Shown here one piece after another: positions 12,923 to 26,413 of a stretch of DNA of 64,000 nt; positions within the stretch are counted from its first letter, which is position 1, and every line of letters begins with the position of its first letter. The stretch comes from Octopus vulgaris (Eukaryota): the NCBI GenBank assembly GCA_951406725.2, contig OX597830.1, positions 72,478,001 to 72,542,000 on the forward strand. The letters are read 5' to 3'. Both the position numbers and the translations under genes were made by a program. Under the pieces are notes generated by a model, which was not told where the DNA came from, made no database searches, and saw nothing but the letters and a program-made list of their open reading frames with translations.

Positions 12923-14011
12923 TGACGCTTTATTTCATGTTGCTTTGGTCTGCTCAGCCGGTGAAAATGTTTTGTACCTGTAATTCAAAGGCCTAGCCAT
13001 GTCACATACTGTGTCATGCTGAATCTCCCCGAGAACTACGTTATGGTTAAACGTGTCTGTGGATTACTCAGCCATTTGCACGTTTATTTCAGGAAGTAGG
13101 CTGTTCCGTTGGCTGGATCAACTAGAACCCTCGTCGTCTTAAACGACGAAGTGCCATTTTGTTTTTTGCAGTCTTTTTTTTTCCTGTTTGTTTTTTTTTT
13201 TCTTTTCAGTATATACATTTCTATGCGGTAATAAATAATACAGAAACTTCACCGTTTTTCTAAAGCGTTTAATAGAATCAAACAATATTTACACGATGCT
13301 TCTAAATTGTGGTGTCAACAAATCAGTATATTTTTTTTTCTTATTCGCTCGTCTAAGAATCAGCCAAGCAGAATTGATGGAGATCACACATCTGTTATGC
13401 AGGCCAAAGATATAGTTTGGAAAAAAAGGCGAAAAAAAACCCCCAAAAGAAAAGATAATATATTAGGTTATTCTTCCTTGGAATACACTTTCTCATCACA
13501 AATACAACCACGTCGTATTATAGCATGTGATATCACACCGGAGCACAACGTGATCCCTTTGGCTCAATGGAATACACTGCGAATTAATAACTCCATTCCG
13601 ATGGGCGTTGTGTTCCTTTGAGGAATATACTTTCTTCGCACCACATATTAATTTTAGGTCAAATCTGACCGACCTGTAAACTGGAAACCCAGAAAGATAT
13701 TAAACCAATTAACATTTTTGGCAAAACTCCATAAAGTGAAATTAAAATATAGTACCGACTGTTGCTTATGTTGCCTTAATGTTTGAATATTCCTAGCTTT
13801 TACTTATAGTCGCTACTCCTATTGCAGGCCTCATGATTTTAGTTGTTATTGTTGTCGCTACTCTCCCAGATGTTGGTGGGCTTCTCACGGTTGTGATTTC
13901 AATTAATATCGTTTAGAATCCAATACACAGTGGGCTGAGTAGTTCCAATCAGAAAAATGAATGAGACACACAAAACGTTTTAAAGATAGCAAGTTTTAGA
14001 ATGTGTATTGC

Positions 14012-14129
<118 letters not shown>

Positions 14130-14587
14130 GAGTGAGAGAGCAGTGCATGCCATCAAAGTGACACTGGGGTAAAATATACGAAGCCCAATATACCCATCAT
14201 GACTACCCGTCTGATAAAGGTACACCAGGCACATGCATCACAACCATATGTGCGCGACATGGTGATCTCATATCAAGATAAACAGCACATGACCTTGCAG
14301 GTGGGGCCCAGTTAGAATTTTCTTCAGATCGAGTAACCCATCCCGCTCAAAAGGTCCCTGAATAAGGGTTGTTTAAGGACGTTGAACGAAACACCCATGT
14401 TTCCAGAGGTGAATTATTCAAACCCCAAAGAATCCTTCTCAACACATGGCTATGATGCTCCCCCACTACTTCTGCTCGTGATCAGAGATGCACATATCGT
14501 CAGCCACTAAGGGACATGCTCAACTGGTTAAGGCCAAACAACTGACAAGCAAATCTGTGGTATTGAGCAGAATATTTGCTGTAGCCC
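14130..14587 (-). mobile_element. Retroelement 3' portion embedded in a (TTA)n/(TAA)n array, possibly a Dong/R4-type LINE 3' region
   Basis: Unique 458-bp block flanked on both sides by TTA repeats; second diverged copy at 40-230. Family assignment is inferred only from the target preference. Confidence 0.55.
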
Positions 14588-14601
14588 ATTATTATTATTA
14601 C

Positions 14602-14652
<51 letters not shown>

Positions 14653-15218
14653 CATTGATATATGTGTTCAAATTCCGCCGAGCTCGAGTTTGCCTTTCAT
14701 CCATTCAGGGTCAATAAAATAACGTTTGAACATTGGTGTCGATGTAATCAACTCGTCCCCACCTCCCTCAAGCTGTCCTTGTGGCAAAATATTTAAATAA
14801 TATTAATTATTATTGTATAACTAGCAAGGCAAAAATCACTTACCACAAGGAGCATTTATAATTACTTTCCTTAGACTGACGCCTTCTACCATTTCCTTAA
14901 AGTGTAACAAACTTCCGATTACTCTTTCAGTCATTAAATATTACTCTTTAATCATTGTAAAGCATATTCTAATTTAAGGTAATACTGGAAACTCTAAGTA
15001 TCATTAGTTGCAATAGAAAGTATAAATCGCACATAAGCGGTAGTAAGTCAGAAAAAATAAAATGTTTTAAATGTTGAAATTTCTACAGGTGTTGAATGAA
15101 ATGTTTAACTAAAAGCTTAGCTGGTCTTTCTGGGACATTGTTGCACACCATTTCACATAGAGGAGACATTATGACTTCTTTGTAAAGGAGCAAGTGCAGA
15201 GTTGTTAGAACGTCGAGC

Positions 15219-16288
15219 TAAGTGCTGAGTAAAAAGTATGCAGCTTTCTGAAACATGAAATTCATCATAATATATTTCATCAATAAGATTTTTCTCATCA
15301 ACTTAAGTACCATTACAATCAACACATTTTTCCTAAGGAGTTATAAGTTTGTTTATTCTGATAACATAAAAATTCGGAGTTCTGGAGCTGATGCACTCTC
15401 TGAACGCACTTTCAGTTGTGGTTTGATATTTGAACTCCTTCTCACGTAGAAAACCGTCAAGTTGCTTGAAAAAGTGGTAGTCGATACGAGAAAGGTCTGG
15501 GGAATAAGCTGGGTGGGGAAGAACTTCGTGGCCAAATTCACTCAACTTATGGAGCGTTGTTAGGGAAACGTGTGGTCGAACATTGTCATGAAGAGTGATT
15601 GACCTTCTGTTGACTAGTCAAAGACGGAGAAATAGCATTTTTTCGATCATTTTGGCAATTTTATGACAATATGTTTCTGCAGTAATGCTTTTCCCGGGTT
15701 TTAAGAAGTTATAGTGGATAAGTCCAGCAATACACCACCAAACAGTTAACATGATATTCTTTCTGAAGATCTCAAGTTTAGGGAAGGTTTTCGGTGCTTA
15801 AATTTTGGTACACCCACTGCGAAGAACGCTCTTTTATTATTATTCAACAGAATCTACTTTTCATCGCAACTTACAATACGGTCGAGAAATGGATGTCTGT
15901 TTACGGAGAAGAAGCAATGAGCAAATTTCATATCTGCACATTTTCTGATTTTCATTCAGATCGTATGGTACTCATTTGTCGAGCTGTTTATTTTTCCGAT
16001 CGCATGCAAATGGTTGCAGGCAGTTTTCTGGCTAACGTGAAGTTCTTTTGCCGGTTCTCGATTGGTTTCACGTGGATCTTTCTCAATGACGGTCCTTTAA
16101 TTGACCGTCATCGTTGACAGATGGGTATCCACTACATACACCATCTTCAATGCTCAGGTCTTCACTGCATTTGGGCAAGTCTATGTCTGTATTATCTGAC
16201 AATCGCAAAAAAAATTGTTTAAAAAAATTTTTAACTCTGCAAATCTTTGATAGTTCAAAACGTTGCTTACGTTTTACTCAACCTGATA
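15219..16288 (-). mobile_element. Decayed mariner (DD34D) transposon with internal deletion
   Basis: Minus-strand frames give FLDRIVSCDEK, IMLTVWW..GLIHYNFLKPGKSITAE, LHDNVRPH and HPAYSPDLSRIDYHFF, with stops and frameshifts; imperfect TIRs at ~15219-15246 and 16261-16288 (gYtgagtaaaaMgtaWgca). Confidence 0.92.
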
Positions 16289-16433
16289 TTTTCGTTCTGA
16301 GTTCAAATATAGTAAATTTCACTGTACAAGAAATTATGCGCACACGTTTGCATTAATATTTATATTACGCTACTTTGTATTTGATAACTGTATAATGATA
16401 CACACATACATGCAGTCAACCATGTGTATGTGG

Positions 16434-16515
<82 letters not shown>

Positions 16516-17163
16516 ATATCTCAGCATGTAGGATGCCGAAACAATACTGTTAGGCTATTTGTCATATTCTGCAAGGTCTCGACCAATCGAACCCACAAAA
16601 AAGAATGCATTGAATAATGTGACCTCGTATTCTTGATACATAAGAGTGCCTGAACATACAGTCTTAGAATCTCATAGATTATAGGAAGCTTCCATCTCAG
16701 GGTTGATTTGAGTAACAACAATAACTGCAAAATTCTTAACAATGATTATAAAAAATGCACTCTATTATGAGCACTTCTTTCTAACGACCTTCAACGTGGA
16801 AATCGTTACTGCTGGAAATAGTTACAACGAAATCTTCCTTGGTTCTTGTCACTGTACCGTTTATAAGAAAGGAAGAAAAGGAAGATTGTGTCTTGGCTGG
16901 AATGTCTTGGATCATGTGTCTTCTCCATTATAGCTGATCTGGGCAGAAACATCAATATCATCAACAACAACAACAGCAATAATAATATCAAAAACAAAAA
17001 CGACAACAGCGTCGCAGACAACGTCGGTTTACTATGGAAGAAAATACACAATATCAATAACAATTATCTCAAGTTCGGAAAACAATCAATAAGTTATCAA
17101 TCAGAAATGCAATGATGCGACTGAAATACGACTGTTTTGTACTGGAGTGACAGGGAAATCAGA

Positions 17164-17228
<65 letters not shown>

Positions 17229-17406
17229 TCTATGGAGTGGTATGTAAGGTGATTAGAAATTGCAAACCACCGGATACATGCAAGCGTTAGAGTGATGATT
17301 ATGCTTTGGAAAATGGAGGTACACCTCTCAAATATTTTTCTGTATTGGAGCGATAGAGGTGACCTCCAGTTTTACGTGTAGCAGCAACTGTGATAGTTGT
17401 AGTAGC

Positions 17407-17459
<53 letters not shown>

Positions 17460-17483
17460 CAGCAGTGGTAGTAGCAGCAGCAA

Positions 17484-17566
<83 letters not shown>

Positions 17567-17653
17567 ATTCCAGAGAAAAAATCCAGCACTTTTTTTCACT
17601 TAAATATATTTGTTTATATTATGTAGAGGGCATTACTATACTTAAATGCCTGA

Positions 17654-18206
17654 TGGATTTTTTCTCTTATGAGGTTTTTCACTCTAACTACTTGATAAAT
17701 TCTTATAAAGATTTTATCCTATTTTTAAATTGTAAATTTAACCGGAATATTTTCAGTACTGAATTTTTATTCCGAAATTGCACGTTTTTACCGAAATGCA
17801 ATTCGAAAAAGCACGCCATTTACATAGATGTATAAGGGGTGAACATTTCTATATGGTACATTGGATACATTGGTTGTTCGTCTGGTATGTTGATTTTGTC
17901 CATTCGTTATAAATCTTGAATTATGCTCGCACTGATGATTAAAAAGTGCATTACTGCACTAATTATGAAATCACGGTGGTCTGCAGCTAAATTCTGTTTT
18001 TAAATGACTTGCTTCGAGAGTTGCATTCGGTATGATGTATTTATTTATTTTGGTAGTCCCTCCTAGCGTCTGGCATTTATGTCTAATAATGCCCTCTATA
18101 TAATTTAAATAAATATATTCAAGTGAAAAATTGGTGGATTTTTTCTCTTATGAGGTTTTTCACGCTAACTACTAGATAAATTCTTGTAAAGATTTTATCC
18201 TATTTT

Positions 18207-18212
<6 letters not shown>
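17654..18212 (+). mobile_element. 481-bp unit with a 78-bp terminal direct repeat and an internal hammerhead (retrozyme or partial-tandem pLTR-like)
   Basis: 17654-17731 is repeated at 18135-18212 (about 4 mismatches); the second copy runs into (TA)n; HHR at 17925-17987. Confidence 0.75.
17925..17987 (+). ncRNA. Type I hammerhead ribozyme motif
   Basis: Stem I GCT(C)GCA/TGCAGC; CTGATGA 17932-17938; stem II with AGTGCA-TTAC-TGCACT; GAAA 17967-17970; stem III ATCA-CGG-TGGT; GUC triplet, predicted cleavage after C17981; U-U mismatch at 10.1-11.1. Confidence 0.8.
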
Positions 18213-18259
<47 letters not shown>

Positions 18260-18262
<3 letters not shown>

Positions 18263-18850
18263 TTGTCTCAGTCATTAGAATGTAACCATGCTGGTGCACA
18301 TCCTTGAGGAACTATTAGACGAATGGCTCGAAACCAGTAGTATTTAAACCTGGTACTTATTCTGTCGATCATTTTTCGCAAACCTCAAAGAAACAAAATC
18401 GTTAACTCACCAGCACCGTTTGATAAGCGGTGCGGGGAGACAAACACAGACACAAAGGCACACGCACGCAAACACAAACATGCACACACGCCATCGCACG
18501 CGCACAGTCACTCGCGCGAGCGTATATATATATATATATACACAACAACAACATAAACACATATGTATTTAAAGCAAATCAAATACAAAATATAAGAAAT
18601 TCCCCTGAATCGTTCACAATTGATAGAATGAAATCGATAGAGTTCAAGTGCGACGTTTCGGAAATAGGCCTTCTTCAGCTACTAGAGGAAACATTTCAGA
18701 GAAAGAAGAGAAAAAGTAAATCCAGCATAGAGCCAAGAAAAGGCAGGTGGCTGAGGTTCACGGTCTTCCACACAGGTTTCGTATGACAAATTCACTCACA
18801 ATGCATTTGTCTGCCCGGAAATATAGGAGGCGTCATCTGCCCTGAGACAT
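18260..18850 (-). mobile_element. Old family-A SINE interrupted at ~18540-18770 by another insertion
   Basis: Tail and body blocks (cagtcatt, ggtacttattct, ggggagacaaacacagacac, attcactcacaa) match family A. Confidence 0.7.
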
Positions 18851-20389
18851 GATTAAACTGAAAGAAAAAGGATGTAAAGCAAGCTTTCTAACAATAGAGC
18901 CATGCCTGAACCTACGTTTAAATATATACAACTTTTCCTTTCTATTAACATTCCATGACACTTATTTGCATACAAATGTATACCTGCTTTTACAGACGAA
19001 TCCTGAAAGAATATTTTATTGAAATATGTTTCATGGATGGGGTATTTTCTATGCTTAGTTGATTTCCACTTAATAACAAGAGGTGATCCACAACAAAAGA
19101 ATATTAACGCAGTAGATAATATAGATTTTTATCAGCTGTTCATTGAATGTTGTGTTTTCTCTATTATACTTAGTAACTACAATGCTATATAGAAATATAT
19201 ATAAGTGCGAACATAAGTGAGACACACACAAAAGCGCGTCGATATAAATATACCTATATCATTAAAAAACACATTCATAAATACGCACAGACGCAGACAT
19301 TTATATTCATATTCCATACCAATGCATACACACACATACACATATATATCGTTAATATCTTTAAAGTGCTTCAGCTCTAAACCTGCGGTCATGCTGGGGT
19401 CCTACCGTTGGATGTGCTACATCATTATTTGGAACCTCTGATATGTGGCATCAGGCGAATGAGGGAGTTTGATGCAGCTACTCTCATTTGTGCTTCCTGT
19501 CGTGAGGTAGGCTCACCTGGAACCCTTGACAGGAAGAGATCCAGTTTTGTTTTGGAGACACCTACATCAATACTATGCTGGACTCTCAGTTATTTTGGAA
19601 GGATATTGAAAAACTACGGGAGCTTGAAACCCGGGCTGTTGCAGTATTTGGTCCTGTATTTTGATGGAGATGCTGGGATCTTTGGCACTGTGCAGTGGCG
19701 CCTCGTACTGCTGTTTGTGTAACTTCCAATGCCGAAGTTTAGTACGAGACTTTCCAGGATTTTCCAAATATATATCACTACATATATTTCCCACCTTCGT
19801 TCTAGGGAGAAGATTTTAACTCCTACATTCTTTCTCAGTAGCTGATACTTTGCATTGAGACGATTTCTTGGTATAGCTTCGATGGATTGCCTCGAGTTCT
19901 GGCTTTAATTTTATATTGTGTGGTGATCATAGCTGGGAGCAGTAGTCCAAGCCGCTGAGAACGTATGCCCTCCAAAGGACCATCATTGTCTCTTTCTTAA
20001 TTGTTTTAAAAGTTCGAAGGAACCATCCAGCTAGCCGTTTGCCTTCTATCACTAGAAAGATGCATCATTGCGCAAGTCACTACTCAGGTCACGCACTGAT
20101 TTTGATTCAGTGATTGCAATCCCTCTTGGGCTAGTGTATCCTGTCTACATGACGTTCAACTTTCTGTATTGGTAGCACACAAATTGATTTATCGAGGATC
20201 GCTACTCAATCCTTGTTTTTGTTTATATTACTTAATTTTTATTTACTGAGTTCTCCGTTCCATAATATACGAAAAATAATCCTTATTTAAGTAAATTCAA
20301 ATCTGGTTACTTCTAAAAAAAACTAGTAATATTCTGATATCCGTTAGTAGAGCCTTACTCTATATCTATGGGGTAATATGCGTTGTAGT

Positions 20390-20670
20390 TATTGTTGCTC
20401 TAAGTTTATATTCATATTTATTACGGAATTCTCACTTCGATAAATTAAGTAAATAAAGAACAATTTTGTTAGTTACTTTAAACAATCCTTTTTATGACAA
20501 TAACTTTATTGTAGCTCTAAGTTTATCCTCTTATTTATTAAGGAATTCTCCCTACGATAAATCAAGTAAATAAAAATCATTTTTGTTAGGTTTCTCTTCA
20601 TACTTAATATGGAATACTCTCTCCGATAAACTAAATATATAAAGAACAGTTTCCGTTAGTTATTTTGAAT
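20390..20670. repeat. Degenerate tandem repeat, about three units of 85-120 bp
   Basis: Recurring ggaatWctc..cgataaa..aaagaaca..gttag blocks near 20425, 20542 and 20611. Confidence 0.7.
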
Positions 20671-21104
20671 CACTAACTTTAAATAAAGATTTCTTATATA
20701 TTACCAACATAATTACCATTTATTTATTTTTTTACACGTTTTATTACAGTTTCTAGATTATGTAGGACCATGATACTTAATTTATATTCCTATGTATTGT
20801 TATATTTGTTCTTATAATGGGAAAATATTATCTCCGACCTAAACGAGTTTAGATTAATATTATTTGAGATATATAGAAATACATTTCCATAGTTGTAGAT
20901 TCTATTTACTTAATTATTCTGTCCGTTATAATTGTAATTGCTATATAGTTGAAAAGTTAACACTCACGCTCATAATACATAGGTATCTGAATTAATTTTT
21001 TACTATCCAGCGGACTTTGCACACGGAATTTCGTCTGTCTTTTAACCTTAGCTCTGATGAGACTTATATAATAGAATTGAATTGTTTGCACATGAAATAA
21101 TGTA

Positions 21105-22222
21105 CACAGACATGCAGGAAGTAAATAAACACCTTTAATTTTCAAAATCTTTTATTTACTACGCAAAGCGAACAATTGAAATGTAATACTACATAATTTA
21201 GTATTTTGTTGACATTCCCCTTGCAATTTTTAATTCAGAAACTCTCCTTAGCATTGAACTGATGAGCTTTGTGATTGTCTCATGTGGAATTTCTTCCCAC
21301 TTTTCACGCAATAATTGAAACAATTCATCTTTAGATTTAGGTTTCTGTCGAGGTATTTTTATAGCTCTATTTAGTATGCTCCAAAGATTTTCAGTCGGGT
21401 TCATCTCAGGAGATTGGCTCAGCCAAGGAAGCTTTTTGATCCCATTTTCAGTCAGCCATTATTGTTTCCTTTTCCCTGTGTGGCATGGAGCCCCATCGTT
21501 TTTCGTTATGTTATCGTGTGAATACAACGGAAGTGGTCCTTGCTGAAGTATTTCGATGTATTTTCAGAGTTTACGGTTCCGACATATTCGATGGGCTCAG
21601 AACAACCATTGCTGGTGACAGCTCCCATACCATTATAGAGATACCGCCATGTTTAACAGTTGGAGTCGTTTCAAATCAAATTCTTGATTGGGAAACCTCC
21701 AGACCAAACAGGCCCACTGTCTGAAAATAATGAAAATCTGGATTCATTTGAGAAAATGAACTGGATTTTCCTGACATCTAAGCCGATTCATTTCTTTTCA
21801 TGATATTAAATCGTTGAATGAGAGGTTTTCTTCTAGCTACTCGTCCATAATACCCAAGCTTATGCAGATATGTAATAAACGTTCTTGGAGTATCTTCTAG
21901 CTGTTGATTCTTTTCCTTGCCTTTTGAATTGCACTAAAATTCTATTAACAGTAGCAAGAGGAATTTGAAGCTTTTCAGCAATTTTTCGCTGGCTAAGACC
22001 AGCCTCAGATTGACCAACAATACGATCTCTTTGAAAATCTGACAGTTCTGCTGAATTTTTGTGTGTGACATGGTTACTATTCGCACATGTTTGACATAAT
22101 GGCACCTGCAATGAAAAAATAATAATTATACTGAAAATTCTACACCGCTGAAAACATATTAAGACTCTCAGATCAGAAATTTTGAAAATTAAAGGTGTCA
22201 ATTTACTTCTTCCATGTCTGTG
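21105..22222 (-). mobile_element. Decayed Tc1-family (DD34E) transposon with both TIRs
   Basis: ~44-bp TIRs at 21105-21148 and ~22179-22222 (cacagacatg..gaagtaaat..acacctttaattttcaaaat); peptide remnants [30 protein letters not shown] (HTH), GYYGRVARRKPLI, TVKHGG, DGAPCH, SPEMNPTENLW and ARGMSTKY*. Confidence 0.95.
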
Positions 22223-22380
22223 AATATAAGTCGAAACAAATTCTTGGCGTTTTTCGTTTTTTAATGATTTTTATGTTATTCTGTCTTATATTATATTCAT
22301 AGTATATTATATTATAACATAAATAAATTATTGGATTGTTTTCCTCTGTCTTCTCTTCCCGGGATCTTTCCTTCTCCTAT

Positions 22381-22415
22381 GTTTCCGACGAAGAGCTCCG
22401 CTCGAAACGTTAAAC
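22381..22415 (+). ncRNA. Minimal hammerhead-like motif in a TA-tailed element (~22330-22512)
   Basis: GTTT-CCGACGA-A-GAGC tcc GCTC-GAA-ACGT-T-AAAC; stem I GTTT/AAAC; palindromic stem III ACGT. Confidence 0.65.
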
Positions 22416-22508
22416 CCTCCTTCTTCCCTTCTTTCCTGAGCGTCCAATAATACTATATTTGTTCTACGTCCTCGCGTTGTTGTGTTTTTTGTGTTTTCTT
22501 GTTTGGAT

Positions 22509-22558
<50 letters not shown>

Positions 22559-22722
22559 GTTTTGGGAATTGGGTTTGCAAGACTCTATGTGATTTCGTGT
22601 GTTGAAAAATATTCTGTTGTGTCTGGGGAGATTCATTCTCTTTTGGTGCCTTATAATTTAACACATTCACCGAAACAATTTCCAAGTATTTCGTTTTTAT
22701 TTTTCTAAAATTTCTTTGCATC

Positions 22723-22771
<49 letters not shown>

Positions 22772-23052
22772 AGTGTGTGTGTGTATGTGTGTGTGTGTAT
22801 ATGTATATGTGTTTGTGTATCGCAAGGCTGTGTGGGTGCCATGTGACAGTCCGTATCCTAGTGGTTAGTGCTTGGTTCATGAGTATAAGGGTCCAATATC
22901 TAGACAAGGCAGCGTGATGTGTTCTTGAGCTACGCATTTCCTTTTAAATTCTTGAAACCTACTGAGGCGTAATATGAACAAGATGCAAATTCTAGTGCAT
23001 ATATCTCTCTTTCTTTCAGTTGTCATCTGGATGTGAAGAAAGATCTTATTTT

Positions 23053-23074
23053 TCTTCTTCTTCTTCTTCTTCTT

Positions 23075-23159
<85 letters not shown>

Positions 23160-23164
23160 TTCTT

Positions 23165-23217
<53 letters not shown>

Positions 23218-23312
23218 GCCACTGCTGCTGCTGCTGCTGCTGCTGCTACAACTACTACTACTACTACCACCACTACTAAATTTACTGTAGCTGCAGCTGA
23301 TGTTGTTGTTGT

Positions 23313-23352
<40 letters not shown>

Positions 23353-23368
23353 AATGATGATGATGGTG
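23053..23368. repeat. Compound trinucleotide microsatellite (TTC)n-(TTA)n-(CTA)n-(CTG)n then (GTT)n-(GAT)n
   Basis: Directly visible. Confidence 0.97.
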
Positions 23369-23642
23369 ATAGTGAGGATGCTGCCTCCGTTGCGTTTGCT
23401 GTTGTCACAATTCTATTTAACAATTCCTTAGTCATCACCCTCATGTTTAACAATAAATGCCTCAATCATCACCCTTACGATCAAACGCATTCCTTTCATG
23501 ACCATCTCGTCGTTTACCTAATATATGCATCCGGAGTCCAGTACGACAAGCATGTCGAGCAGCTAAGAAGAGGTTCTCCCCACATCGACAGCTGCTATTG
23601 TCCTTGATATTTTATTTTTATTTATTGTGGTGGCTGTAACAA

Positions 23643-24035
23643 CAGGAGTGGCTGTGTGGTAAGTAGCTTGCTAACCAACCACATGGTTCAGGGTTCAGTC
23701 CCACTGCGTGGCATCTTGGGCAAGTGTCTTCTGCTACAGCCCCGGGCCGACCAATGCCTTGCGAGTGGATTTGGTAGACGGAAAATGAAAGAAGCCCGTC
23801 CTGTATATGTATATATATATATGTGTTTGTGTGTATGTTTGTCCCCCTAGCATTGCTTGACAACCGATGCTGGTGTATTTACGTCCCCGTCACTTAGCGG
23901 TTCGGCAAAAGAGACCGATAGAATAAGTACTGGGCTTACAAAAGAATAAGTCCTGGGGTCGAGTTGCTCGACTAAAGGCGGTGCTCCAGCATGGCCGCAG
24001 TCAAATGACTGAAACAAGCAAAAGAGTAAAAGAGA
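23643..24035 (+). mobile_element. tRNA-derived SINE, family A
   Basis: Near full-length match to 5237-5697 and 57960-58425. Confidence 0.92.
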
Positions 24036-24740
24036 GAGTAATGGTTGTGGTGGTGTTAGTGGTGTTTTTATCCTCCCCTCAGCAGTTATATATAAGATGT
24101 ATATAATCATAGATGTTCCAACCATGATCATCCCTTGTCAATATATACTGGACTGCAGTCTCTGATGTATTATCCAGGTTTTATATGATAAAGGATAGAT
24201 AATCGAATTGAGCAAAAGATTATTTAATCGTTCCCTCATTATATTCTGTTTCATAAAGTCGTATTTGTGACCTTTGCTACCAACGCTACTGTTGTAGTTT
24301 GTATCCAAGTCAACCATGTCGTATAAGGGGCTCATCTCTCAATGTTGACAGAACATCTGTTTATCATTGCTCAGGGGCATATTTATCGTTCCGTGACCAG
24401 CCGAAACCGTTCTTCTCTGACGGAATAAGCAGGCTTTTGGACCGCTAGAAGTGGATTGAACAGTAAGGAGACTACGTCGAAAATGGCTTTAATTGTTCAA
24501 CTCCGGCTTTTGTTTCAGTAAATTAAAGAAAAAAAAAAGAGTACGTATAATTTTGTTACTTACAATCCAACGTGCGCGCGCATACATAGACCCAGGCACA
24601 CACAACTAGTGAATGAAAAGGAAGCAAGCATAAACAGTACTAAAATGCCTCGGACAGAAGATCTGTTGAGTCGGAAGTGATCTGTGTTTAACGACCAACT
24701 ATTAGTGTTTCAGTTATATATGAATATGTGTGCATGTATG

Positions 24741-24774
<34 letters not shown>

Positions 24775-24834
24775 TGTATGTATGTATGTATGTATGTATA
24801 TATATATATATGTATATATAGTGATAGATAGATG

Positions 24835-24870
<36 letters not shown>

Positions 24871-24927
24871 GTACATATATGTATAACAATGAGAGAGAAA
24901 TGGATATATGTCTATATGTATGTATAT

Positions 24928-24985
<58 letters not shown>

Positions 24986-25471
24986 ATATATGCATGTTTA
25001 TTTACATATGTACATATATCCATATACGCACACACATATATATCTATATGCGGGTATATATATGTGTGTGTGTGTGTGTGTCTATGTGTGTGTTTGTAAG
25101 TGTGTGTATGTACAGCATACAGTAGTTTAAACGTATACACAGCCATTTTTCGGATGCTCGCTTTAATGTGTCAGTGTTTTTAGTATATATATATATATAT
25201 AAATATAGCAATAAATGTATGTGTAAACATATCGCAAATAAAGAACTACGTATATAAAATGATGCATCAGTTGAGTAATGGTATTCAACATAATTCCTGG
25301 CAAAGTTCCCATTCAATAGTCGGTAGAGCCTAATGCTTGGAATACAGTCAACTGGACATCTTACGAATTTCTTTGACCATTTCCAAACTTTTAATCATCT
25401 CTTACGAAGTAGTGATACTAATCTTCAATATACATACATACATACATACATACATACATACATACATACAT

Positions 25472-25524
<53 letters not shown>

Positions 25525-25561
25525 TAGATAGATACATACATACATACATAGACAGACAGAC

Positions 25562-25625
<64 letters not shown>

Positions 25626-26328
25626 TTAAATGCCCTTGTCTATGTGTGACGAGAGAAAGCGGACGAATGTTATATTGAATAAGTGGTAGATAAATACTAA
25701 GCTAAATGAGACCTAATTGATTGGATATGAGAGTTTTTGAAAGTGAATCAGAGACAGACAAACATATACAGTGGCAGAAAGGGAGAGATATATAACGAAA
25801 GAGAGGTGGTGAATAATGACGGGGTTATGGTATTAGGCATACTGAAAACGAAAGGGAGAAAAAAGGTGATGGGAAGGAAAACAAGCGTGGAGTTCCCTTG
25901 AACATTTTTCAAACGTTAAATACTTCCGATAACAATGTACGAAACGTAACATCGATTTGTGGCTTTAGAGAATTCACGGAGACTTTTTGGGGGAGACCAA
26001 ATTAATCCCTACGAGCAAATTCGACGACAGTAAATTATTTGCACAACGCATCTATTCAGAAAACCACTCCGACCAGCATAAGCCCCTTGAGAGTCTTTGA
26101 TACATTTGCTGGCTGTCACAAAGCCAAGTATTTTATAATTGTTTGTTGGTAGATTGGCTGGTGTAACACAGCGGAAATTTAGTTTGAAATGAAAAGACAA
26201 AAATGATGTCTTTGGTGTTATTCCGGAAAGAGTTATATGTGTTTATGTGTCTGTATGTGCGTGCGTGTCTGAATGTGTATTTATCTATATGTATATACAC
26301 ATTATATATGTATCAATGCACATAATTA

Positions 26329-26413
<85 letters not shown>

